DNA of 64,000 nt, taken from the NCBI GenBank assembly GCA_963676565.1, contig OY781089.1, forward strand, positions 2,240,001 to 2,304,000. The letters run 5' to 3'. This stretch comes from Halarcobacter sp. (GTDB lineage: Bacteria; Campylobacterota; Campylobacteria; Campylobacterales; Arcobacteraceae). Below the pieces are notes generated by a model. That model did no database searches. It saw only the letters and a list, made by a program, of their open reading frames with translations, and was not told the origin of the DNA. Below are positions 50,120 to 58,392 of this stretch, piece by piece. Both the position numbers and the translations under genes were made by a program. Every line of letters begins with the position of its first letter. The stretch's first letter is position 1.

Positions 50120-50887
50120 ATGTCTAATATATTTTCTTGTGGTGAAACAATTAAAGGGTTTAAAGTAAAAGTAGTAAATGAAAATGAAGTAAGAGCAGCT
50201 GCGGGAATTTTGTTTTTATTTGCCATTATCTCATTTTTAAACTCTTGGTTAGTTGGAGATTTTGTTTACACAAAAATTTTTGTTGTAATTTTTTTAGTTG
50301 AATTTGCGATAAGAGTTTTAATAAATCCTAAATTTGCACCAAGTTTAATTTTGAGTAAATTTATAACTAGAGGTCAAAAGCCATTATACACAGGAGCTAT
50401 ACAAAAAAGATGGGCTTGGAGTATAGGTCTAGTTTTAGCAGTTTTAATGCTTAATTTAATAGTTTTAAATGACATAAAAGGACCCTTAAATCTATTTACT
50501 TGTCTATTTTGTTTAATTCTTTTATTTTTTGAAGCAGCATTTGGTATCTGTATTGGTTGTAAGATTTATAAACTTTTCAATAATAACCCCCTTCAAGAAT
50601 GTCCAGATGGAAAATGTGAGATACATCCAATGGAAGAGATTCAAAAAATAAACTTTTTACAATTAATAATAGTAGCTATTTTCTTTGTTTTTATTTATAT
50701 TGTTAGTACAAATATTGTTGAATCAAAAATTGAACTAAATTTACAAAAAGAGCATTCAAAACAAGAAAATAAAATAGAGATATTAAAAGAGAAGACAGAA
50801 GTTGTAAATGATGAATGTCAACCACCACAATGGGCTATAGATATGGGACATGGAGAAAAGTGGAAATTACATCATGGTTGTAAATAA
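50120..50887 (+). CDS. DUF4395-family membrane protein
   Basis: NENEVRAAAG, QKRWAWSIG, FEAAFGICIGCKIY. Confidence 0.75.
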   Translation: MSNIFSCGETIKGFKVKVVNENEVRAAAGILFLFAIISFLNSWLVGDFVYTKIFVVIFLVEFAIRVLINPKFAPSLILSKFITRGQKPLYTGAIQKRWAWSIGLVLAVLMLNLIVLNDIKGPLNLFTCLFCLILLFFEAAFGICIGCKIYKLFNNNPLQECPDGKCEIHPMEEIQKINFLQLIIVAIFFVFIYIVSTNIVESKIELNLQKEHSKQENKIEILKEKTEVVNDECQPPQWAIDMGHGEKWKLHHGCK

Positions 50888-50940
50888 TTATGTACCTTTT
50901 AGTTTATTAAGCCTATAATACGCATTTTAAAAGGATTTAA

Positions 50941-51573
50941 ATGGCATTACTTATTTTTGATATGGATGGTACGATTTTAGATAGTGGAACTGCAATTGTA
51001 AACACTATAAATCACGTTAGAGAAGAATTGGGTTTTGAAAGACTAGAGAAAAATTATGCCCTTGAAAAAGTAAATGATCCAAATATAAATGCTTCAAAAT
51101 TTTTCTATGGTACAGATGATTTTACACTACAACAAAAAGAGTTATTTGAAGAGCATTACAATGCAAATTGTTTAAATGGTTTAGAGTTATATGATGGAAT
51201 GGCAAAACTAATTGATGATTTAAATCAAGAGTTTACTTTAACTGTTGCAACAAATGCAAATTCTACTTTTGCAAGAAAAATGCTTGATCATCTTGAAGTT
51301 GGTAAGTATTTTGAAACTATATTAGGTTTTGATTCTGTAAAACAAGCAAAACCTCACCCTGAAATGGTTTATAAAATCCTTGATACACATAATATGAAAA
51401 AAGAAAGAAGTCAATTAATTGGGGATTCACACAAAGATATAATGGCTGCAAATAATGCAGGAATTGATTCAGTTTTAGTAAACTGGGGTTTTTCAAATCA
51501 CGATAAAGATGCAATTTCAACGATTGAAGAATTAGAAAAAAAGATTTTTGAAAAGTTCAGTAAGCTTAACTAA
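50941..51573 (+). CDS. HAD phosphatase, phosphoglycolate phosphatase-like
   Basis: FDMDGTILDS, KPHP, IGDSHKD. Confidence 0.88.
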   Translation: MALLIFDMDGTILDSGTAIVNTINHVREELGFERLEKNYALEKVNDPNINASKFFYGTDDFTLQQKELFEEHYNANCLNGLELYDGMAKLIDDLNQEFTLTVATNANSTFARKMLDHLEVGKYFETILGFDSVKQAKPHPEMVYKILDTHNMKKERSQLIGDSHKDIMAANNAGIDSVLVNWGFSNHDKDAISTIEELEKKIFEKFSKLN

Positions 51574-51593
51574 TTCAAAAATCTTCAAATCTT

Positions 51594-53030
51594 TTAAATC
51601 AAGGCTTGCAGGGTTTTATACTCATTTAAAGCAAAATCATCGGTCATTCCTGAAATATAATCAAATATTAATCTAGCTCTGTAATACCACTCTTCAAGTT
51701 TGTATTTAACCATATCATCTTTTGAAAGTTTTTCAATACTATCTTTATAGGCAACTATATGTTTTGAAGACAACCTTCTAATCAATCTTTGTGAGATAAA
51801 ACAAGATATTCTTTCTCCATGAACAAGTTTTTCAAACTCTTGGGCTTCAAGTTCTAAAAGTGGTTTATAATTTTCACACAAAGTACTTAATATTTTTTGT
51901 CCCTTTAGCTCTAAAGTTTGGATATCTTTATTATTATAAATATGTTCTATTGAAATATTTTGTAATACTTTTACAGCTTTAGTATATTTACTGTTTTTAT
52001 CATATTCTAAAAGCGCTGCATCAAATCTTCCATTGAAAATATCATGATGGTTATCAACAAAAACTTGCGAGACGTGCTCAACTAAAGCATGAGTTAATTT
52101 AGCTCTTGTAAGAGTTAAAAATAGATTAAACTGATATGGTTCGCTCTCATTTTGTTTTGCTTTTTGATAATAATCCTCTACAAGTTCTAAAAGATAAGTT
52201 TCATTCATCTTTTCACACTCTTGTTTTATAAGTGAATACACCTTTTCAAAACTTAAAATCTTTTTATCAACTGCATCTTCCATATCTGCATTTAAATAAC
52301 TAATATCATCGGCTGCTTCCATTATATAAGTGATTGGAAATCTACATCCATCTTCAATATCTAAAGATTCTTTAATTTTTGAGACAATATCCCTTTCTGA
52401 ATAATAATACCCTGGTTTTTTTCTCATATAAGAATATTTTTCATTTTTTAAAGGTTTAGGTTCAAAGGCTCCCCTTGTATATTTAAGCATAGAAACAATT
52501 TGTGAATATGAAAGATTAAGTCTTTGAAGTTTTGTAATTATTCTAATCCCTTGAGCATTTCCATCAAAATTACAAAGGTCATTAATCAAAAGATTTTTTA
52601 ATTCTATGTTTTTTTCATCAACCTCAATTAGATTATCGAATATTTTTATACCCTTATTTTTCATCCAAGAGTTCAAGGCAACTTCTGCAAAATGTCCAAA
52701 GGGTGGATTTCCTATATCATGGATTAAACTTGTCATTTCAGAAGTTGAAATAAAAGCATCTCTTACTTCATCTAAATAAAACTTTCCTTCACATTTTTTT
52801 AAAATTGTTTTTGCAATAAATCTTGCTGTTTGAGATACTTCTAAAGAGTGAGTCAATCTACTTCTAACAGCTGCATTTAACTCTAAAGGAAATACTTGAG
52901 TTTTCTTTTGTAAACGTCTTAAAGATGGAGCAGAAAGAATTCTTCCCCTATCACTTTCAACTGAGATATCTAAATCTTTGATTGGATAAAATTCTCTATT
53001 TGTAGTTAGTTTTTTTCTATAGTCATACAT
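51594..53030 (-). CDS. dgt: dGTP triphosphohydrolase
   Basis: RRLQKKTQVF, RSRLTHSLEV, HDIGNPPFGH, EAADDISY, DYISGMTD. Confidence 0.94.
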   Translation of the reverse strand: MYDYRKKLTTNREFYPIKDLDISVESDRGRILSAPSLRRLQKKTQVFPLELNAAVRSRLTHSLEVSQTARFIAKTILKKCEGKFYLDEVRDAFISTSEMTSLIHDIGNPPFGHFAEVALNSWMKNKGIKIFDNLIEVDEKNIELKNLLINDLCNFDGNAQGIRIITKLQRLNLSYSQIVSMLKYTRGAFEPKPLKNEKYSYMRKKPGYYYSERDIVSKIKESLDIEDGCRFPITYIMEAADDISYLNADMEDAVDKKILSFEKVYSLIKQECEKMNETYLLELVEDYYQKAKQNESEPYQFNLFLTLTRAKLTHALVEHVSQVFVDNHHDIFNGRFDAALLEYDKNSKYTKAVKVLQNISIEHIYNNKDIQTLELKGQKILSTLCENYKPLLELEAQEFEKLVHGERISCFISQRLIRRLSSKHIVAYKDSIEKLSKDDMVKYKLEEWYYRARLIFDYISGMTDDFALNEYKTLQALI

Positions 53031-53101
53031 TTTTATTCTTTTATAAAATTTTTTTGTTATTGTATTGAAAGTAAAATAAAATACAAAATTAAAGGCTTGA
53101 A

Positions 53102-53272
53102 ATGTTTGATAAAATCAAAAATATTTTCAAAAAAGAAAAAACCTATGAGTGTATAGTCTTTGATGGCAAAAAAATGAGTTATCCTAATTTGACAAAAAAG
53201 CAAATTGAAGAGATTGAAAACGACCCTAAATATGAAGCTTGGAGTGTAACTCTAAAAAGAGAAGAGAATTAA
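53102..53272 (+). CDS. Small hypothetical protein (56 aa), not in the ORF track
   Basis: AAAGG RBS; MFDKIKNIFKKEKTYECIVFDGKKMSYPNLTKKQIEEIENDPKYEAWSVTLKREEN fills the intergenic gap. Confidence 0.65.
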   Translation: MFDKIKNIFKKEKTYECIVFDGKKMSYPNLTKKQIEEIENDPKYEAWSVTLKREEN

Positions 53273-53284
53273 CTCTTCCCTTAT

Positions 53285-53668
53285 TTACCAATTTTTCCCT
53301 TTTCCAGGTCCCATACCTTTGCCCATTCCTTGTCCATTCATCATATTGTTTTTTTGATTTACTCTATTTTGAAATCTAGCTTGTTGATGAATTTGAAGTT
53401 CATTTTTTGAAATAATGCCATCACCATTTGTATCAACATCAGAAAAAGAAGGTGAATTCTTAGCATTCATCATAAGTCTACCTTGTTCTGCTTTTTGAGT
53501 CATTCTTTTTTCTTTTACTGAATCAAATTCAGCAGGACTAATTTGACCATCTTTATTTGTATCATAAGCTGAAAAAGCTACAGGACCAAAACTTGGTAAA
53601 GTTTCAGCAAACATAAATGTTGCACCAAATACCAACAAACCACTTAGAATAATTTTTGAAGTTTTCAT
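53285..53668 (-). CDS. Secreted EF-hand protein
   Basis: DTNKDGQISPAEF and DTNGDGIISKNEL loops; Gly/Met-rich tail. Confidence 0.85.
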   Translation of the reverse strand: MKTSKIILSGLLVFGATFMFAETLPSFGPVAFSAYDTNKDGQISPAEFDSVKEKRMTQKAEQGRLMMNAKNSPSFSDVDTNGDGIISKNELQIHQQARFQNRVNQKNNMMNGQGMGKGMGPGKGKNW

Positions 53669-53764
53669 AACATCCTCCTTGTAGTAGTTACATATAAGAG
53701 CTTCCTTTAATATAATTATATAATTAATTTTTTAACCCAGTATTAATATAAACTTGTTAAAAAC

Positions 53765-54499
53765 TTAAATTAACCTGTATTCAATAGGAACTCTAATTGT
53801 TATTGTTTTTTGAACTTTAGGGAAATTTGCTGAGGCACTATATATTGCTTCTATTGTGGACTTTTGTAGTAGTTTGTGTCCCTTGAGTGTTTTAACTCTT
53901 TTTATTTCACCAGATTTCGTTAAACAAAACTCCACCAAAACTTTACCCTCAATTTTAAGTTTTCTAGCTCTTTTTGAGTACATTATATTTTTTTGTATCT
54001 CTTTTTTTATCATATGCAAATGATTTGTTAAAAAATCTTCTTCATAATTAACTACTTTTTTTATAGGAGTAGGATTAATTGGTTTTTTTATTTGTTTAGT
54101 TACTACTTTCTCAATAGGGGTATTTTTAGGCTTATTTATTTTTTTAGGTATATTCTTTACAATCTCTTTTTTTGTTTTTTTAACAATTTTTTTCTTTTCT
54201 ACTTTTTTTACTATTTTCTCTTTTACTTTTGCCTTTACGATTTTTTTGGGTTCAATTTTCCTAGGCTTTGTTATAACTTTTTTAACTTTTTTTTCAACTA
54301 CTAGCTCTTTTGCTTTTGTCTGATTTTCTTGAACTTTTTTTTCAGGTATTGGTTTAACTATTTGAACATAGTTTAATCTAATTTTCTTTTCATCTTTTTT
54401 TTCAGACTGAAATTTTTCAAAAGGATTTGCAAATAAAAAAAGTGTGGCTATACTTACATAAATCAAAACTGTAAGAAAAAAAGAGTTTAAATATCTCAT
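53765..54499 (-). CDS. tonB: Energy transducer TonB
   Basis: N-terminal TM, Lys/Pro-rich linker, YSKRARKLKIEGKV C-terminal domain. Confidence 0.88.
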   Translation of the reverse strand: MRYLNSFFLTVLIYVSIATLFLFANPFEKFQSEKKDEKKIRLNYVQIVKPIPEKKVQENQTKAKELVVEKKVKKVITKPRKIEPKKIVKAKVKEKIVKKVEKKKIVKKTKKEIVKNIPKKINKPKNTPIEKVVTKQIKKPINPTPIKKVVNYEEDFLTNHLHMIKKEIQKNIMYSKRARKLKIEGKVLVEFCLTKSGEIKRVKTLKGHKLLQKSTIEAIYSASANFPKVQKTITIRVPIEYRLI

Positions 54500-54879
54500 T
54501 GTTGTTTCACCGTAACTATTGATATATTTTCAAAACTATTTGATTTTAAAGCATCTAAAATAGATACAAAAACTTCGAATTTAGCATCTTTATCACTATT
54601 TATTAAAATTGGTCTATCTTTTTCTTCCTGTGAAATCTTACTTAATAATTCTTCAACTATTAACTCTTCTTTATCAAGATAAATTTGTCCAGAATCTTTT
54701 ATATAAATACTTAACTCTTTTTTTATTTTTTGATTATCAGCTGAAGTTGCTTTTGGAAGAGATACAGGTATAACACCTTTAGCAATAAAAGTGGATGTCA
54801 TTAAAACTATTGCTAAAAGTACTAAAAGAACATCAATAAAAGGTATTACATTTATTGAATCATATTTCTTGATTTTCAT
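54496..54879 (-). CDS. exbD: ExbD
   Basis: INVIPFIDVLLVLL, LPKA, DKDAKF. Confidence 0.93.
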   Translation of the reverse strand: MKIKKYDSINVIPFIDVLLVLLAIVLMTSTFIAKGVIPVSLPKATSADNQKIKKELSIYIKDSGQIYLDKEELIVEELLSKISQEEKDRPILINSDKDAKFEVFVSILDALKSNSFENISIVTVKQQ

Positions 54880-55285
54880 ATCTGCTTTCCAAAACTTCTG
54901 CGTATCGACTTAAGATATTATAAAAAACCATTGATACAATTGCCACAACTAAACCAACTGCAGTGGCCTTAAGTGCTAGGGCTAATGAACTCATAATTTT
55001 AGTTGCAACAATATCCCCTTCACTCATAGTCATAAAAGTTAACATAATAGCTAATACAGTACCAAGAAGTCCTATATAAGGTGAGTTAGAAGCGATAGTT
55101 CCAATAAAAGTTAAATTTTTTGTAAGTGCTACATCTAGTTGTTTTTTATTTTTAAATTTGTTTACATCAAGTTTTCTATAAAAAAAGAGTCTTTCTATAA
55201 AAAACATTACAGCTATGAAACTCATAAATACAAGTAATGCAATTACACCATAGTCAACTAGGTGTTTTAATAGTTCAATATTCAT
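54860..55285 (-). CDS. exbB: ExbB (short form)
   Basis: TIASNSPYIGLLGTV, ALALKATAVGL. Confidence 0.93.
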   Translation of the reverse strand: MNIELLKHLVDYGVIALLVFMSFIAVMFFIERLFFYRKLDVNKFKNKKQLDVALTKNLTFIGTIASNSPYIGLLGTVLAIMLTFMTMSEGDIVATKIMSSLALALKATAVGLVVAIVSMVFYNILSRYAEVLESRYENQEI

Positions 55286-55341
55286 TTTCTTCTCCTGTAC
55301 AGCATTTTAATTTTATGATAGATGTGTTAATTTTGAGTTAA

Positions 55342-56142
55342 TTACTCTGAATAAAAGTAAGAATCTACTCCCATTATTGCAGCCCCATATGAAGTTGTAA
55401 TTTGAGGATATTTTGGAATAAAAATTCTTTTGCCTAATTCATTTTCTATTGCATTTACTAAACCTTCATTTAAAGCAGGTCCACCATCAAAATATACGCC
55501 CTCTTTTACACCAACTCTTTTTACTAATTTAACAATTCTTTTAGCAATAGAATAATGAACACCACATACAATATCTTCAACACTATGATTATTTCCAAGT
55601 AAGCCAATAATTTCACTTTCTGCAAAAACTGCACAAGTACTACTAACACTTAAAGGTGTGCCTTTGGCTTTGAAATGTATTTCCCCAAGTTTATCAACAT
55701 CAATTTCAAGCTTTAAGGCTACTACATCTAAAAACTTTCCTGTTCCAGCTGCACATCTATCATTCATAGCAAAATTTGTAACATTTCCATCATTATCCAA
55801 AGAGATTGCTTTACTATCTTGTCCACCAATATTTATAATAGTTTTTATCTCTCCATACTCTTTCCCTGCAGCCCTAGCACCTATTGCATTTGCTGTTATC
55901 TCACTAATATTCTCATCTGCTTCTTTATAAAGTTTTCTTCCATAACCAGTAGAAACAGTGTAAACGACATCTTCAGGTGATATTTCAAGCTCTTTTAGTA
56001 AAAGTTCTAAAGTTTCTTGAGCGTATTTATAAAACATACTTCCACTAGCACTAGTTTTTGAACCTATTAAATTTTTATTTTCATCAATTATAGAAATTTT
56101 TATTGATGTTGAACCTATGTCAATCCCTACAAAATATTTCAC
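55342..56142 (-). CDS. HgdC/BadF-type [4Fe-4S] ASKHA ATPase activator (DCCP-reductase-like)
   Basis: GIDIGSTS, STGYGR, IGGQDSK, MNDRCAAGTG, SSTCAVFAESE. Confidence 0.9.
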   Translation of the reverse strand: MKYFVGIDIGSTSIKISIIDENKNLIGSKTSASGSMFYKYAQETLELLLKELEISPEDVVYTVSTGYGRKLYKEADENISEITANAIGARAAGKEYGEIKTIINIGGQDSKAISLDNDGNVTNFAMNDRCAAGTGKFLDVVALKLEIDVDKLGEIHFKAKGTPLSVSSTCAVFAESEIIGLLGNNHSVEDIVCGVHYSIAKRIVKLVKRVGVKEGVYFDGGPALNEGLVNAIENELGKRIFIPKYPQITTSYGAAIMGVDSYFYSE

Positions 56143-57416
56143 TTTTTTACCCTTTTTCTTGTTTTTAAAGACTCTATAAAGGCTTCAATTCTTGTTGTTA
56201 ATTGACCACCTTGACTTGGACTGTAATCACTTTCGATATATAAAATAGGAATACCTTCTTTTTCCATAGCTTCTAAAACACTTCTTTGTTCAGCTTCATA
56301 AACAGTACAACCAGCAAATGCTTGATAGACAACACCATCTGCACTATATGTTTTAACTAAGTCTATAATACGCCGTATTCTGTCATCATTTTTTGTAAAT
56401 ATTGGACATGTACAAGCTTTTAAATACTTATCAGCCATAGAATCAAGCATATCATTTACAAACCACTCATCAACGGCAACTCTATCATTAAACATTCTAT
56501 TTGAACTACAAGTCTCATCTGCAACAATTATCCCATCTGACTCTTCAATTACTATTGGAACTTTATAATTTGGAAAAATAGGAGGAGAACCTGTATAAAC
56601 TATTCTTGGACTAACTTTCCCATTAACAAAAAGGTTTTCATCTTCTCTTTGTTTACACTCTTTCAAAAGATTTTCAACGGCATTAATCCATGAATCAATT
56701 TTGTCAAAAAAGAAAGCATTTGTAACAAAAAACATATCATTTCCACTTATTACAATATTTTTCTTTTTTCTATATTCACAAAGTTTATGATAAAGAGATT
56801 GTGCATAACCAATCTTTGCAATACTTTGTTTTAAACTTTTTTTATTTAGTTTTTTACCAGTTCTTTTTGAAAGATCTATTGAAAATTCTCTGATACTTCT
56901 TCTAAAATACTCTCTACTTATTTCACTTTCTTTAATTCTTGGAAAATCAACATCTACAACTTCATACCCAAAACTTTCAATAGTAACCCCTGCTTTTGTT
57001 TTTTGATCACATGTTGTTGGAGAATATATTAAATGAGGTTTATCAGAAAAATTCCCAGAAGCAAAATGTCCTACTGTTGCACGAACTAAAGGGCATGACT
57101 TTTGTGGCATATAATCACTACCTATTTCATCATCACTATAAAAGCCATTACATAATCTAATAGGAACAGCATCTAAAGCATATATAATCTCACTTGGAAT
57201 TTGAATACACATAATACCTACTTTTAATTTTCCTTCATGAAGTGACTTTTGTTTACAAAATACATTTTCAAATAACCTATAAAAATAATCCATAGCTTTA
57301 ATAGGGTTTTTAAAATCATCTTTTAGAGTATTTATAATTTTGATTGCTTCCATTGCTTTGTGTCTATTTTGTTTTTCCAATGGAGATTCAATTTCATGTT
57401 TTAATTTACTTGTCAT
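56139..57416 (-). CDS. HgdB/FldC-superfamily protein, double-cubane cluster protein (DCCP/YjiM)-like
   Basis: VGIMC..P.E, RLC, CPL, TTCD.K, RIVYTGSP, ETC...R, YLKACTC, DGVV....GC..Y, IESDY, GQLTTRIEAF. Confidence 0.8.
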   Translation of the reverse strand: MTSKLKHEIESPLEKQNRHKAMEAIKIINTLKDDFKNPIKAMDYFYRLFENVFCKQKSLHEGKLKVGIMCIQIPSEIIYALDAVPIRLCNGFYSDDEIGSDYMPQKSCPLVRATVGHFASGNFSDKPHLIYSPTTCDQKTKAGVTIESFGYEVVDVDFPRIKESEISREYFRRSIREFSIDLSKRTGKKLNKKSLKQSIAKIGYAQSLYHKLCEYRKKKNIVISGNDMFFVTNAFFFDKIDSWINAVENLLKECKQREDENLFVNGKVSPRIVYTGSPPIFPNYKVPIVIEESDGIIVADETCSSNRMFNDRVAVDEWFVNDMLDSMADKYLKACTCPIFTKNDDRIRRIIDLVKTYSADGVVYQAFAGCTVYEAEQRSVLEAMEKEGIPILYIESDYSPSQGGQLTTRIEAFIESLKTRKRVKK

Positions 57417-58392
57417 TACTTTCCTTTATATTAGCAATACCCATTCTTTTTTCAAAACCTTCTTTTGTAGACGTAAAAGCTTTTATATTTAAAATATCAA
57501 AGTGTAAAACATCATCTTCAGGACATGCAGCAACGCATTTTAGACATAAAATACAATCATCCCTTAATATATTTATATCTGTTACATTATCAGCTATATC
57601 TTTTATTTGCATATCACAAACAGTATAACAATCACCACATCTAGTACATTTACTACCATCTTTTCTAAACTGAACAATTGAGATTTTTGAAAAGATATAA
57701 TGTAAAGCACTCATAGGACAGAAGAAACAAAAAAATCTTTTTTTAATAAAACTTCCAACAAAAAATAATCCAGCAAAAAATATCCCTAATGATGTTAAAA
57801 GTATTGCTGTTTTACTTGAAAAGTCAATTACCCATTGGGAAAAATCACCACTAAACATAGGTGTAATTATTCTTGCTGGACATATTTTACAAAAAGCTGC
57901 AGACCATTCTGAACCCATTAATCCCACACCCATAAGTAAAGGAAAAACTAAAACTATAAACAAAAATACATATTTTATTTTTGATAGCTTTTCAAATTGA
58001 TTTTGTGAATAGCTTGAATATCTAATACCAATTGATTTTCTAAGTTTTGTCATCCAATCTTGTAGTGTTCCAAAGGGACAAACATACCCACACCAAGCCT
58101 TATTTAAAAAAATAAACCAAAATAAGAAAACAAGAATTCCACTAATTACTGCAATTGAAGCACCACCAAGCAATACTTGAGTTGGCATTGACAATTGGTG
58201 TTGTAAAGGTATTAAATAACAAGCTCCAGCAGTTGTATCATTATAAGGACATGTAAAAATAGGTAGTTTAGAACCAAAATCTATTGCAAAATAACCACCA
58301 TAAATAAATAATACAAAAGTTAATACTTGAATGATATTTCTAAATCTGATTAGATTTACATTATTAACTGTTTTTTTTAACCTACTCAACAT
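57406..58392 (-). CDS. Membrane 4Fe-4S polyferredoxin (NapH/MauN-like)
   Basis: WCGYVCPFG, FCKICP, FCFFCP, CTRCGDCYTVC, CILCLKCVAACP. Confidence 0.85.
   Translation of the reverse strand: MLSRLKKTVNNVNLIRFRNIIQVLTFVLFIYGGYFAIDFGSKLPIFTCPYNDTTAGACYLIPLQHQLSMPTQVLLGGASIAVISGILVFLFWFIFLNKAWCGYVCPFGTLQDWMTKLRKSIGIRYSSYSQNQFEKLSKIKYVFLFIVLVFPLLMGVGLMGSEWSAAFCKICPARIITPMFSGDFSQWVIDFSSKTAILLTSLGIFFAGLFFVGSFIKKRFFCFFCPMSALHYIFSKISIVQFRKDGSKCTRCGDCYTVCDMQIKDIADNVTDINILRDDCILCLKCVAACPEDDVLHFDILNIKAFTSTKEGFEKRMGIANIKESNDK

Noticed and set aside
51594..53030. dgt as an anti-phage dGTPase
   Set aside because: Canonical motifs in a housekeeping context, with no defence or mobile genes nearby.
54050..54360. 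Low-complexity T-rich stretch as a repeat or array
   Set aside because: It encodes the Lys/Pro-rich TonB linker.
55342..57416. Classical 2-hydroxyglutaryl-CoA dehydratase or benzoyl-CoA reductase
   Set aside because: Only one dehydratase-like subunit, no CoA-transferase, ligase or fermentation genes nearby, and a Cys pattern closer to DCCP/YjiM.
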